A DNA stretch of 64,000 nt from Lama glama (Eukaryota): positions 52,640,001 to 52,704,000 of the forward strand of contig CM052816.1 of NCBI GenBank assembly GCA_028534125.1, given 5' to 3'. Positions 11,953-24,854 of this stretch are shown here, piece by piece (positions within the stretch are counted from its first letter, which is position 1; every line of letters starts with the position of its first letter). Both the position numbers and the translations under genes were made by a program. The notes beneath the pieces are model-generated. The model searched no databases. It was not told the origin of the DNA and worked only from the letters and a program-made list of their open reading frames with translations.

Positions 11953-14049
11953 TAAAATGTCCTTTCTGTGATGCATGGAGATCATGTGTGCTCTTTCCAC
12001 TCTGTACTCAAGGAGGTTACAGACCTGCTCCCTAGGCCATGGTATGCGTGTGACCTCAGACAGCTCACACAACTTCTCAGAGCTACAGTTATCTCATCCC
12101 TCTGGCCCTATTATGTTTCTTTAAAATTTTCCCTTTTGCTCACCTAGACAGTCCAGTGATGTTCCATGTAATTGCGTGATGTCATACACTGAGAAAAATA
12201 ATGCAATTCCAGTTGGAGGGGAGGTATTCATATTTTTTGCTTCCTTTCTTTTTTTTTTAATGGAGTAGGATTTAGGGGTATAGAGACTCCTGTTAGAGCT
12301 GTTAGTCAAGTAAGGGCAGGTTCCCTGAAGGGATGAATCTTTGTTAGTAGAGTTTATTTTTTACACTGAGGTATAATTTACATATGGTAAAATGCCTCAA
12401 CCTTCCAAGCAGAGCTGTTCAGACATGTATTTCTCTCACACGAGGAGCCAGCTACATCTTCATTGATACTTCTATCCCCAAAGAACACAAACCTTAATTG
12501 CATACTAACTTTGGATTCAGATGAAGTTTCTCTGGGTGGATTGATCACCTGCTTTCTGCAAGAGAGCAGGAAAGGAGAATTGGTAGAGATAACAGAATTT
12601 TTTTGAGGAAAGACAACTGTTTGGAGTCACAGAGCTGAGAACCTTTCAACAAAGATCTCTGGAAATTTTGGTTCTTAATTGCTCAGCTCCGAGGCTTGAC
12701 TTGGGTCTGGGACTGTTGGGGGTGCTCCTGGATGACTGCTGAGTAGGAGATCCTCGGTGCACAGTAGGCGACAGCATGAACAGTGCTCTGTTTCCCCTTT
12801 GCCATGAATAGCAGCTATTGGTAGGAAGATATTTAAGTTCTACCGTTTGGGGATCTTTTCTGAAGTGAATCTCCACAGGAGAAAGACTGAGATGTAGGGG
12901 AACCACTAAGATCACTGAGTGCTGCCCATATGTTTGAGATGAGTGTATATGAGAACAAGAGGGAAACGGTGGCGGACAGTGTAAGGATTTGTCTTACTCA
13001 AGGTCATCTTGTAATTAAGTTCCTAGTTGTAACGCAAAGGGATGCTCATCCCTTTTCGATCTGACAGGAGAAAGGATGAGAAGCCATGGTGCATTTCTCC
13101 AGGTACCTTCGGTCAGCCTCCTGGAATGCTCGAGGCATCTGTGGTTAAGAAATAAAGACGGCTGTGCATCATCAAAGGCAGTTCTAATTTCTAACACAGC
13201 CAACTGGAGGTTCCAAAAGTTGTATTTTTCCAAAAGAGGGAGGCTCTTATATTTATCCTACTTTTTGAGTAAGCGAGTGAAAATAAGGACATTTTGACGT
13301 TTATAAGTAAAATTAGGGATTGGTTTCTCAAATCCTAGTTTGGGGCAGGTGGTCTTTTCAAGAATTCACATTTTGAAAAAGTTAAGAAATCTTTTAGTGT
13401 AGTAGGAAGCATGATGCTTCCCAGATATCACAGTTAAGACCAAACAGATTTCAGTTTTATTTTAAACGCACAAAGCAAAGGGGCTTATCTGAAGGCTGTC
13501 AGATCATGCCTCTCCTGATATGTGTTGTCCCAGGTTTCCCCATTAAGGGGGAGACTGCCTTTTTCATCTAAGGGACATAGTTTACACTTTGTATTACATG
13601 TAACATCCAATTCACAGGGTGACTGCTGCTAAAATGGTTTAGAAGAAGGTGGGAAGGGATAGAGTAGATGAAGAAATTAAGAGGAGAAAGGACCAAAGAG
13701 AAAGGAACTCTAAATATGATGGGATTGGGGCTGTGGGGATGAACAGAGAAAGAGAATGGATTTTAGAGTTAGAAAGCCTGGCTGAATTCAGCATACCAAA
13801 CTGACGATTTTAAGCAAGCTGCTTGAGGCTTAGTCTGCGTTACTATTTATTGCAACGCAGTGGAATAAGTGAACCTGACACCAATTCTCTTCCTTCCTTT
13901 TGAGGCCCCACAGCTCTGGGGTCCTTCAGCTTATTACCAATTTTAAATATGATTACATTGTTATTACGTGTTTACTCCTAGTCTAGGCAAATCTTTTTCA
14001 TGTATTCGATTTTTGGAAAAAATTACTAAAATTTAGAAGCTATCAACAG

Positions 14050-14590
14050 AAAGAGCCCCATCCCACCTCATGAATAACCTCTGTTGACCTGCTGGTATCT
14101 AATCTTTTGGTCTTCTATTTTCTATACACACACATACACAATTCTGTATGGGCTATAATCCCAAAGTATATACTGTTCTGTAATACGCTTTTTCACTTAA
14201 TATTCAGAAAATCTTACAGGTCATTACATATTCTACATGATTTTTAAAGGTTGTGTGGAATTTCACTGTATGGGTTTAACACTGTTCATTTCATATTCTT
14301 GTGACGGACATTAGGTTCCTCTCGTGATGGTCCTTGTTGCGCATTATTAAGTTGTTTCTCAGGAAGATTGCTCCACTTTGTGTTCTCTGAGGCCCTGTGG
14401 AGGGGAGCCTGTTTTATTGCAATCCCACCAACTTCGAGTATTCTTTATCTTGTTACTAATCTGGGAGGTAAAAAATAGTATATTTATTTCTTTAATATGT
14501 ATTTCTTTGATAACTAGTAAGGTTGAATATTTTCCGTCTGTCTACAATCATCTATATTTCTTCTGTAAGTTGTCTATTCATATTCTGCAT
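14050..14590 (-). mobile_element. Ancient L1ME-type fragment
   Basis: 'tttttcacttaata', 'tgtatttctttgataactagtaaggttgaatatttt', 'ttgtctattcatattc' are antisense L1M hallmarks. Confidence 0.65.
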
Positions 14591-14594
14591 AAAA

Positions 14595-14710
14595 GGAAAA
14601 TTACTTAACTTCTCTGAAACCCTGTTTTCTCAGCTGTAAACTGGGGTTTCCATGTGGTCTAAATTCAATAACACATTGTGGATCCAGAACATGGCAGGTG
14701 TGTGAGTATT
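14595..14710 (+). mobile_element. MIR fragment
   Basis: 'aattacttaacttctctgaaaccctgttttctcagctgtaaa' resembles the MIR core. Confidence 0.6.
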
Positions 14711-14714
14711 AATC

Positions 14715-14830
14715 CCTCGACTAAGAGCTCTCAGACGGTGGAGACATCTTTCTTTATCGCATCCCATCACCTAGCACAGGGCTTGGAACATAGGAGGAAC
14801 TCAGAAAGGTTTTAGATGGGACGAGTAGAT
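14715..14830 (+). mobile_element. L2 3' end
   Basis: 'atcccatcacctagcacagggcttggaacataggaggaactcag' resembles the L2 terminus. Confidence 0.65.
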
Positions 14831-15679
14831 GGGGTTTGAAAACATTTTGAGTATATCAGGAAAAGGAGTGAGAAAAGCTGAAGCCAAGACCCAGTGAATC
14901 AGCAGTGAGAAAACTGGCGGGTTCCTCAGAAGCTTACTATTAAAATGAAAGAATTTAAGTTCTATTCTCAAAGCTCTACAAGAAACAATTTCTTATAGAT
15001 TAAATGGCTAAAGGACATTAAATACCCATATTTAGGCTGTAATTAGCCTTGACAAGTTGAGTGATATTTTTTTTGGTAAGCTAAAGCGTACATATTTTAA
15101 GTACACTAAAGTACACTAAGGTGAATAGTTAAAGGAATTAATAATTAAATTTTTTGTAAAGTGAACAATAACTTAATTTTAAAATGATTAATCCTAATTT
15201 TCACATATTAGATTTGCCTAGACTTGGAGTAAACACGTAATAACTATATAATATTTAAAATCGGCGATAAGCTAAAGTACCCCAGAGCTGTGGGGCCTCA
15301 AAAGGAAGGAAGAGAATTGGTGTCAGGTCTTATATTATCCAACATGCCCTGCGATCATGGGGGAGAGAGTCAATGGTTCGTTAATGAGATTTGCAGATGG
15401 TTTTAAATTGAGAGGTATTGTAAACAGCAGGAATGACTGAGAAATGATACAAAAGGAGCTGGAAAGGTTAGGAACATGGACAGGAAATAAAATGATTCAG
15501 CCTGGAGTAATCCAAGCCAATGTGACATCTGGGGCCAAATAAGAAGAAATACAAATATGCCATGAAAGAGACAAATATGGAAAACAGTCATCTCGAAGGA
15601 GGTTGTGGGGGGCAGGGGGCGGGGACTGGGGGTGTTGGGGGAACTGGAGGAAAACAAGAGAGGTAGGATGCAGGAGCTA

Positions 15680-15860
15680 CGGTGCTGAATGCCTACTCTG
15701 TGGCCAGTACTATGATTTGGTACTTTCCATGTTGATTTCTTTTTGATCAAGATTAAGCAACTCAGTGCTAGTAAGAAATAGAGGCTGTGAGGATTAATTA
15801 TGCATGAGAGCTCAGTACTTAACGAAACAAAAGCTCAGCCTCCTTCTGCTTGATCCTAAT
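15680..15860 (-). mobile_element. MIR, diverged
   Basis: 'tgaatgcctactctgtggccagtact...gaaatagaggctgtgaggattaat'. Confidence 0.45.
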
Positions 15861-16389
15861 GGTTGTTAGTGGTATAGAGAGCATTGTGGAAGTGGCCTGG
15901 AATCTTCAGGAAGGCAGGGAAAAAGTAGGAAGATCATTTGCCACATTTCTACCTGGGCATTTCTCGTTGAGAGGGTGTTCCAAGAATTCTTAGGGCGGCT
16001 TCCTCCAGGCTATTCTAGTTGCCAGCAGCATGAGGGAACCTTATAAAACCTTTGGTAAATTAGTACTGGAGTCCAGCGTAAGCAAAAATTAGACGTGTCT
16101 GAGAATGGCTGCTCCATGAGGCGGTCTGTTCCTTCCAGCCATGCCCCTCTCTCTCTTCCGGGGCCCTGATGTTAACCTCTAGTAACACAGAGCTTCCATC
16201 CCAGCCCCTTGCGTGTGTTTCCTACTATCCCTTATCCTTCTCTCTTCCTATAAAAGTCTAGCGATCATTTGTATTTCCTCTAGATATCAAACTAAATCAG
16301 ATTTATTGGTGATATTGGCCTACTTGAGCAGTCTCCAACATTTTTTTTAATGCAGCCACCACTTCTCATTTTTTCAGTTATAAGGATAT

Positions 16390-16580
16390 TTTTCTTTCTC
16401 TTTCTGGCTCACTTCACTTGGAATGAGGATCCCCAGATCCATTCAGTTGCTGCAAATGGCATTATTTTATTCTTTTTTATTGACTGAGGAGTAGTCTATT
16501 ATATGAATATACCACAGCCTCTTTATCTAGTCCTCTGTTGATGGACATTTAGGTTGCTTCCATGTCTTGGCTATTGTATA
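16390..16580 (-). mobile_element. L1 ORF2-end fragment
   Basis: 'gttgctgcaaatggcattattttattc...gttgatggacatttaggttgcttccatgtcttggctattgta' is the reverse complement of the L1 at ~11410-11590. Confidence 0.9.
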
Positions 16581-16589
16581 TTCACTGAT

Positions 16590-17420
16590 CACTTTTTAAA
16601 AGGACTTACTTGAGCTGTGGTGCTGAGGACTGACAAGGCTGCGAGCGGGAAGACCAACTGGGAGTGTATTATAGTAATCTAGCCAAGAGATGGTGGTGGC
16701 TCAGATGATTAGGATGGGAGCAGTGGAAATGGCAAGAAGAGATTGCTTTCTGGATATACTTTGTGGGTACCATCAATAAAATTTCTTGACTGATTAGATG
16801 TGAATTGTGAAAGAAAGAGAAAAGTCAAGGGTGACTTCAAGATTTTTGATATGAGCACTGGATGGATTGAGTTGCAGCTTTTCAGGGCAGATAGGGAGTT
16901 CCACTTTTGATATGCTGAGTTTGTGATGTCTGTTACACACCCAAGTAGAGATGTTGAAAAAGAACTTGGGTAGATTTAAGTTTGGAGTTCAGCAGATACA
17001 ACTGAACAACTGAACAGTCATGAGGATAAGGATGTTATTTAAAACCATGAGATTGAATGATCATCTAGGGTTTAAGTTACAGAGATGAGAAGAGGACTAA
17101 GAACTGAGACCATGGACACTCTGAACATGAAGATCATGGAGAGAGGCAGCAAGGAAGCCTGAGACCAAGGAGGTTGGAGGAAAAACCAAAAGAAGGTGAT
17201 GTCCTTGAAGCTAAATGAAGAATGTGTGTTAAGGAAGAGGGAGTGATTACGTGCAGTCAATAGAGCTGAGGGTCCTGTAAGATGGGGACTGAGACTTGAC
17301 TATTGGATTTAGCAAAATGGAGGTCATTGGTGACTTTGATGAGCAGTTTCCATGGAGTAGTGGATAGGAATAAGTTCAAGAGAGACTAGGAGGAGAGGAA
17401 TTGGGAAGAGTGAGAAGAAA
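16590..17420 (-). mobile_element. L2 (L2a-like)
   Basis: Purine-rich antisense L2 motifs, e.g. 'ccaagagatggtggtggc', 'tggatttagcaaaatggaggtcattggtgactttga'. Confidence 0.85.
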
Positions 17421-18244
17421 AAAATGATGACTATGATAATTGTAAACGGCGTGACAGAGCTGGGAAAGATATCCAGAGGTAAAAATGACTTCCCCTGGGT
17501 CTTTGAGCTCCCACCAAGGAGGCAGCCACCTACTTATTTATGTATATTTATGTATAGCTGCAAAGCAAGTCAGCATTATGCCATCAGTGTCGAGCTAGGT
17601 CACTAGGAAATCTTCCCCATTAACAGAGATTCAAGTGGGGTTTAATAGAGTCTGTTAGGGGACTTCTGGTTTATTACAAAATTATTGCTGTTTGAAACAT
17701 GGATTCTTTCTTGTAATGATGAGCTAAATTATATCCTTCTGTGAATAAGTTCTGGCATATTAATACTTTTATACTCAGTTAAGCCAGGCGATGCAGAGAC
17801 CAAGTCAATCACTGGAGTCTTGTCTTCTTTGTCTAGAGGATTTCAGCTTCTGTGGTTTAGGTAATAGAATTTGTTTCCTCTACCCAGGACTGGGGCCAAG
17901 AGAACTGAGCCCAAATGAAGTAAATCTGCATCTTTATTTTCCATTTGAACTACTTAATGACTGTGTGCATTCATTAGGGGACGGAATGAGAACACAATTT
18001 AAAATTAAAGAGTTATCACTATAGAAAGCATTGGGAATGGAGTGTCAGGCATAAGCACGTTTTAGGGAAAAAGTAATGTCTTAAAGACACCGACTTTGTT
18101 CTGAAAACAAACCAGAAGCCTTGGTGTCATCTTACGTCCTTCCCTGTCTATTGAGTCAAGCCACTGGTCGACTCTTGGGCAGTCTGCTTTGCATGGGCCA
18201 TAGCGAACCAAAACACGAGTTTATCAGTGCAGCACTGCCCAGGG

Positions 18245-18432
18245 AGCGTAACCCTGCTTAATACCTTTCAATGGCTTCTTCTTATGATCAAGTTGAAACT
18301 CCTTAAAACAGCTTGTAAGACATTTCATCAGCTGGTTCAAGTTTAACTATGTCTCACCTTCTGTCCTCACCATTGACTATCCAGCCACCAAACCACCTAA
18401 GTATAACCCTATACTTTCTTTCAAGTCTTTGG
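18245..18432 (+). mobile_element. L2 fragment
   Basis: 'ccctgcttaatacctttcaatggcttc...aaactcctt'. Confidence 0.5.
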
Positions 18433-18433
18433 A

Positions 18434-19039
18434 TGAAGAGGCTCCAATGAGTAGGAGAGAAGCCACAAAATCAACTTAACAAGACTAAATAAACAGAGAA
18501 TTAGATTTTTAGGCTCCATTAAAACAGAAATGGAAGGGAGTTTGTATGGCCAAGCCCCTCAAGATGGCAGCCCTCTTGCCCTTTGTCCATCCCCTGCTGG
18601 ACCCAGTCCCTGCTACACCTGCACCCCACTCACATGAACATGCTCCCCGCCAGCCCCAGCTAGTGCCTGTACTAACCCTGAGGCCAGAAGGGCTCCGCCT
18701 GCTAGTTTACTAAAGGGAAACATCTGCTCTTGTGATGGTCGTTAACCTGAGGGACTCTAAGGGATGTGCCCCAGCTGCTGGTCTCCCTGGTAACTGATGA
18801 GCCAACCTGATGTCAACTTCCCCATAAATGGTAGCCTCCCTCCCCCCTGAGTAGTAGTGATCGCTGTCCTGTCTTCCTGCCAGGGTGGTGGTGTGTCCCT
18901 CCAGGACCTTAGGTTTCAGACATGTAAGATCCCCTATCCAATAAACCATTCATGTCTCTGTCTCTGTCTCCAGGCTCGCTCTTTGGTCTGGAGGCTGCGC
19001 AACTATAAGGCTTGCAGGCCTGTAGGGTGCAGCCCAACA
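18434..19039 (+). mobile_element. Solo ERV1-type LTR
   Basis: TG...CA termini (tgaagag...gcagcccaaca); AATAAA ~100 nt before the end; 'ggtaactgatgagccaacctgatgtca' motif of ERV1 LTRs; TSD not evident. Confidence 0.75.
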
Positions 19040-19164
19040 GAGGTTCTTTGTTTTCGTGTTCCTTATATTCAAATCACACTTGATGAATGTTTTTGTTTCC
19101 GCCTGGCTCATGCGTGTGTGTAACAGCATGCACATAAATCATGTTTGGCTTCTTCTCTGCTCGG

Positions 19165-20405
19165 CTTTGAGAACTCTCATGGCTTAGCGCTTGGCCCTGT
19201 TTTTACATTTTACTCACTCACTTCACACACCCACTTTAGACACTTTCTCTTGTCTTCTCCATTCCCTGGTCTTTAAATGCTGCCTGTAATTTGACATCTC
19301 ACAGACTGACATCTCCAGCCCAGGCATCTTGTGTGAGGTCAGATGCCTATTCAAAGGAGATACCTAAATGGTCTGAAGCAACCTCAAACTTCTAAAATGG
19401 AAGAAGATTATGCTTCACCTTTGCTTAATACCTTTGAATGGCTCCTTGTTATCAAGTCTAAGCTCCTTAACACATTAAGATGTTTCATGATCTGGTGCAA
19501 GTTTAACCATGCCCCACCCTGTTCAACATAAAGCTGAACTCTGATCTTCACTCTGCCAAAGTCTCTTCCTCTGCTAGTGTTTCCTATCTCAATAAATGTC
19601 ATTGGCATTACTCCACTGCTAAAGTCAGAGACCTCAAAATTTATCTCTTTCTTAGTTTGTAAGAAAACCTACTCACATGCCAGGCAATGTCTGAAATGTT
19701 TTATCTATTAACAACTTGTCTAATCCTTTTAACAAATCTGTAAAGTAGCTACTATTTTTATCACTCACTTTATAGTGAGGAAACTAAGGCACAGAGAGGT
19801 TAAGTAATTTGCCCAAGGTCACACAGCTTACTAATGGTGCAACTGGGATTTAAACTTAGATGACGTGGCTTCAGAGTCCATGTGCTTAACCTCGACACCA
19901 ACTGTTATTCTAGGACTCTTTTTATGATTCACCCCTGACGAGTTCACATCCAGCTTATCAGAAGTGCAAACAGTACCACCTCCAAAAATGCCCTGAACCC
20001 ACCTGCCTCTGTCCATCACAGCTGCCACCACCCTAGCCTTTTGCTGAGACTGTCATACTTCCTTGAGATCTCCAGTTCTACACTTGTCCTTCCCACCTTC
20101 CTCAACTCAGCATCCCCAGTCATTCTTCCCAAAGAAGCCAGGTCTTAGCTTGAAGGTAATTTTTTTTTCTGAGAAGTCTTCCTTAATCCTCCAAAATGAA
20201 TCACAGTCCCCTAGTGATTCTTTCTCCTATCACCCTATTATTTTCTTTCATAGTAAACTTCATAACTGATAATTACTCATTTGTGTTTGTATTTCCTAAA
20301 GCTCCATGAGAAGGATTTTATCTCCCACTATCTTCCCAGTGTCTAGCACAGAGCTTGGTCCATAGTAAGCACTTAGTAATGTTTGTGAATGGATGGCTGA
20401 ATGAG
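19165..20405 (+). mobile_element. L2, interrupted by a MIR, running to its 3' end
   Basis: Pyrimidine-rich L2 motifs; terminus 'cccagtgtctagcacagagcttggtccatagtaagcacttagtaatgtttgtgaatggatg'. Confidence 0.7.
19660..19900 (-). mobile_element. Near full-length MIR
   Basis: 'gaggaaactaaggcacagagaggttaagtaatttgcccaaggtcacacagc' is the antisense MIR core. Confidence 0.92.
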
Positions 20406-20579
20406 GGACTAACATCGAGTAAGAAGCGACCACATAATTTTTATTTAATGTGTTATAATGAAAGTACAGTCTCACTTCTTTAAGATGGACTAATGGGAGG
20501 CAGCTGTATGAAGGAGTGAAAAATACACAATGTATGATTTTTAAAATAAAGTGCAGTTTTACAGCTCCAGTGAAGGACG

Positions 20580-20760
20580 TTGTATAATTCTAGTAAGCAT
20601 GCCACCCACTGCTTTCACCCAACATTCCTTTCTAAGAGATTCCATCACGACCATCACTCCCCGAACTCAGCTCTTTGGACCAGGGATAGAAACTGCTTCA
20701 AGCTGGGCTAATTAGATTCCCTCCGTCAGAATTTAGAGTCAGGAAACTGAGAAACAGATC
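20580..20760 (+). mobile_element. LTR33/MLT1L-like fragment
   Basis: 'caagctgggctaattagattccctcc...gaattt...actgagaa'. Confidence 0.35.
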
Positions 20761-20771
20761 TCTAAGGCAAC

Positions 20772-21940
20772 TGCATCCATTCATCCTTTGAATATTTCAA
20801 ATATTGAGCATCTAGAATGTACTTATTATTGGGGAAGTAACAAACAAGGCAGGTCTCTCCTTGAAGGCAGTTACAGCTCAGAGGAGAAAACCTGCTATTG
20901 GAATTCAGCATGTTAAGTGCTGTGACATGGGAATTACCAAGGAGTACACGGGGACACCTAAGAGAGATATTTAATACAGTCTTACGAAGGCACAGAAAGC
21001 TTCCCAGCAAGGGTGATGTCTTAGTCAAAAGAAAGTTCAATAGGTCCAGGGGAGAGCAGGCACAAGAGGAAAGGGTATTCATTCCAAGCAGAGGCAACAG
21101 AAAATGCCAAAACAGCACACTCAGTCTGGCGTGCGGTGATAGGGAAATGAGACTGAGAGGGGAACATGGTCTCCATCATGAAGCCCTTGTCAGCCTTCAT
21201 AGAGGACTTTATCCTGAGGGCCATGAGAGGCCTGAACAAGGGATTTTAGCAGAGGAGTGACAAGCTCAGATTTGTACTCTAGAAAGATCCCTGCAGTCTC
21301 TGTGCAGAGGAATGTATTGGAAGCAGATGGATCAGTTAGATTGTTGTAGAAATCCAGGCACGAAATGATGTCGGCAGGACAAAGTTGGTGACCATGGAAG
21401 AGACAGAGTGAATGGCTAACGTGTATTTAGGATGGTGATGGGTGAAGGCAAGCGGAATTAAGGACGATGTCCAGGCTGATGGCTTAGGCTCAAAGGAGAT
21501 TGTGAGGCCCTGAGACAGGAGACACGTGAGGGACCTCAAGGAAGAGATCAGGGCTGGAGACATAAATGGGAGCATAGTCTTCCCCAAATTAAATAAAGCC
21601 TTTAGGGCTGACTTTATCCAGTGAGTTTGTGGAGATGGGGAAAAGAAGAGGTCCACGGATGGAGTCCTGAGGAACTCCACCGTTTAAGAAGGTAAGCGAA
21701 GTAACCCAGAATGAAAAAGAATATGAAAATGAATATACGTATGTACATGTATGACTGAAACATTATGTTGTACATCAGAAATTGACACACTGTAACTAAC
21801 TATGCTTCAAAAAAAAAAAAAGGTGAGCAAGGAGGGAGTGAATACAAAAGAATTTGAGAAAGTGTGTCCCGAGAGCTGGTTGGAAACACAAGGAAGAGTG
21901 ATGTCAAGGAAACCAGTGGATGAGACCCTCTCCAGAAGAG
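20772..21940 (-). mobile_element. L2, interrupted by a short L1
   Basis: Begins with the antisense L2 3' end (catccattcatc...atattgagcatct); 'tagaaagatccctg', 'aatccaggcacgaaatgatg'. Confidence 0.8.
21702..21820 (+). mobile_element. Short L1 3' end with poly(A) and degenerate TSD
   Basis: 'aatgaaaaagaatatgaaaatgaatat...aaattgacacactgtaact' plus A run; TSD aaggtaagcgaag / aaggtgagcaagg. Confidence 0.88.
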
Positions 21941-24854
21941 CCTCCCAAATGTCCGTGCTCTAACAAAAAGACCTCAACAAAGAAAACTTCACGGGAACTA
22001 ACTGCTCAGGGACATCTTACATACATGACCATTGCTCTTAATTAAGTCAGCATCACTCTTAACCATCTTACAACAGCATTCATCTGTTTGTCCCCAAGGA
22101 TGCTAAAAAGCTTCCTGACAGTCCCTTCGCCCTAACACCTTGCAGATTCTCTAAGGGTGGTGCCTGGATTCAAGAGGGTTGTCTGAATTTGGTTTTCAAA
22201 TGTTATTACATGTCAGTTCTTGAAGCACACTTGAATGTCAGAGTTGAGAATGTGGAAGAAACTAGACATAAGGAACACTTATTTTAAAAATGTTTTTCAA
22301 TGTTAAGCATCTAACAACCCACTAAATTTAGCATTTCGTTTGTGTTTATGACCTGTCAAACACTGCCAGAACTTGACTTGGGAGCAAGAAGGAAAAGATG
22401 TTGCCTGTTTGTCATCTCTCAGACCGTCCAACTTCTGAAGGCCACTCTGAAACCAAAAAAGAACTTTCCTTCATCAGTGGACATTTGTCGAAGGAGAGAA
22501 ACACTAGTAATAGGATCCAGGCCATGTAATGTTCGTTAAACAATGAGATGCTGATGCCAGTCGGTAATCACTTTTTTCCATTTTATTTTCAGTGTGTGTG
22601 TTCCTCAGAGGCTCGCATGGGGTTGGATCTGGTATTTTCATCAGAGTTTCAGTATATTTTCAGTATCGGTAACATCTCCCTCCCTCCAGCTTACACTGAG
22701 CAATAGACTCTCCTGGGTCTGATTTGTGTGCCTTCTTCTGAATGTTTAGTCAATTTAATACACACGGCGGATGTATTCTGGGGGGAGGAAAAAAAAAACA
22801 AAACCGCTAGGCTTCTCAGCAGAGTCATTTTAAAGATGAGGTGTTGTTTAAAAACAAAGCCATACCATTCATCACAATTATAAGGCAGGGAATACAGCAC
22901 TCTGCAATGTTTTATAAGAACCTTTCTTTAAAGACACTTGTTTTCTTGGCCTTGCAGGCACTCAGCTTGTCTGAAGATGATTTGGTGACATCCCTCTGAA
23001 GCTTCAGGTCCTGGAAAAACTCAATCCTGTTTTCTGAATGCTTTCTGCTTAAAACTGTTTCAGTGAATGATTAACGAAATGGAAAAGAAAGCGTGATAGG
23101 AAGGCAGTTGTGGTGCCACTCTCGGGTCCAGGACCGACGGTCTGGCCAAGCGCCGGGGCCAGGCCACAAGCACAGCCTTTTCTCTCCTGGGTTAATTAAT
23201 ACAAGAGGTGCGAAGACAGGCGAGAGGGCTCCAACCCCAGTCCACACACTCAAGGTTTAACAAAAACTTTCTTCATTTTTTTTATAACAGCTTAGTTTCC
23301 AATGCCAGGCTCTTATTTCTTCTGGCCAGCAGAAAAAAAGGAAGAAACAAAAAACACATAACCTCAGTCCTTCCCGGGGTCTCCTCCCTACAGCTATTTA
23401 TGCCAGTGTCTCTGGAGCTCATGCAGTGCTAGGACCCCTGGGGTGGGGCCCACCTGGTCCTTGTCTACACAGTTCATCTCTGAGCCAGCTCTGCCCTTGC
23501 CCGACCTGCGTGGGTGGCAGACCAAGCCACTGTCTGTGCTGCTGGTGACCGGTGACACCCTCTCCACCTTCCACGCTGCCCCTAAGCATCTCTGCCAGGC
23601 TGCCTTTGTACCCCGCTGACGGGACTTTTCCAGGAAACAGGGCTTGCAAATCTTCCTCTGTGTCCCCTCCATCTCGCTTCCTCTTAGCTGAACAGAATAT
23701 CTATTTTGGGGAAATCGCTTCTTTCTTTCTCTATTTCTTCAGGACCATCTGCCCCCACCCCCAGCTGAATCCTCTTCTGCTAAGGGCTTACTTGGGCTTT
23801 TGTTTGCAGTGCTTGGAAGGAGAGTCTTTGCCTTGTGCCCTGCCATGAACCTCCTGTGAGCACAGAGTCAGCTATTATCTGCTTCAGTGGGAAAGAAGGA
23901 AAAGAGAACAAACAGGGATACAATCATGAGAGACAGCTCAGAAGAGCATCCTGCCTGAACACACACCTCCCCTGACTTCCTCTCCTGACACTGGGACACC
24001 AGTGTTTGTTAGAAAGTATCGCCTCACTCCCTGCAGCTGCATTTCCTGATGTCCATGGGCCCGGGGCCTTCTGGGTTCACACATGGACAGGCACACCACA
24101 TGGCAGGGAAGGGGGTGCCTGGGAGAAAGACAATCCTTCAGCTGAGCAAGAAGCCCTGGCCCAGTCCACTGAGCACAGCACCTGCTCTGTGAACCATTCT
24201 GATCCAGCCCCGGGATGCTTCTACGCCCTGGATGGGAAGATGGTACGGAGAAACAGAAAGCACCATAACCCCAGAGTGGGTCCAGGCACAGCTGCTTCTG
24301 GTCTGCACCTTCCCACCCTGTCTATGCACGTGAAATGAAACACCGGAGAGCAGAACGCAGAAGGTAGAGTCCTTTCCCCTCCAGCCAGAGAGAGGCCTGG
24401 GGGTGAGGAGAGAAATGGAGGGCCCTGGAAGAAGCTGGAGAAGGAGGCTGGACGGCCCGAGGTCTCTGAGAGGTGCAAGAGGGTTTCGCCCCCCAGGAGT
24501 CCCGGCAGGTGGTCGGGAGTTGGAGACTGCACCAGGTGGCTGATCACGAGGCCAGCGGAGAGAAAGGAGGGAGGGGCAAGCAATGGCCTGAGTTCTGGTG
24601 CCACCGCCAGCATCTTCCCAGACGCACAGAGGAACCGGCGACGGGAGGAAGTTCTGTCATTCTGCAGGTGGGAACCTGCTGGGGAGGTGGTTGTTATTTT
24701 AGCGGATCTGTGGACAAGCTGTTAGAGAACCTTTACAAGGATCTGTCAGCTAGAAGGAGCCAGGAGTTACAGATATCCACACCCACGTTTCTCTACATAC
24801 ATCAGTATTTTAATCCATGCACCATAGTGGAATAAGATGAACCTTTCCCCCGGG

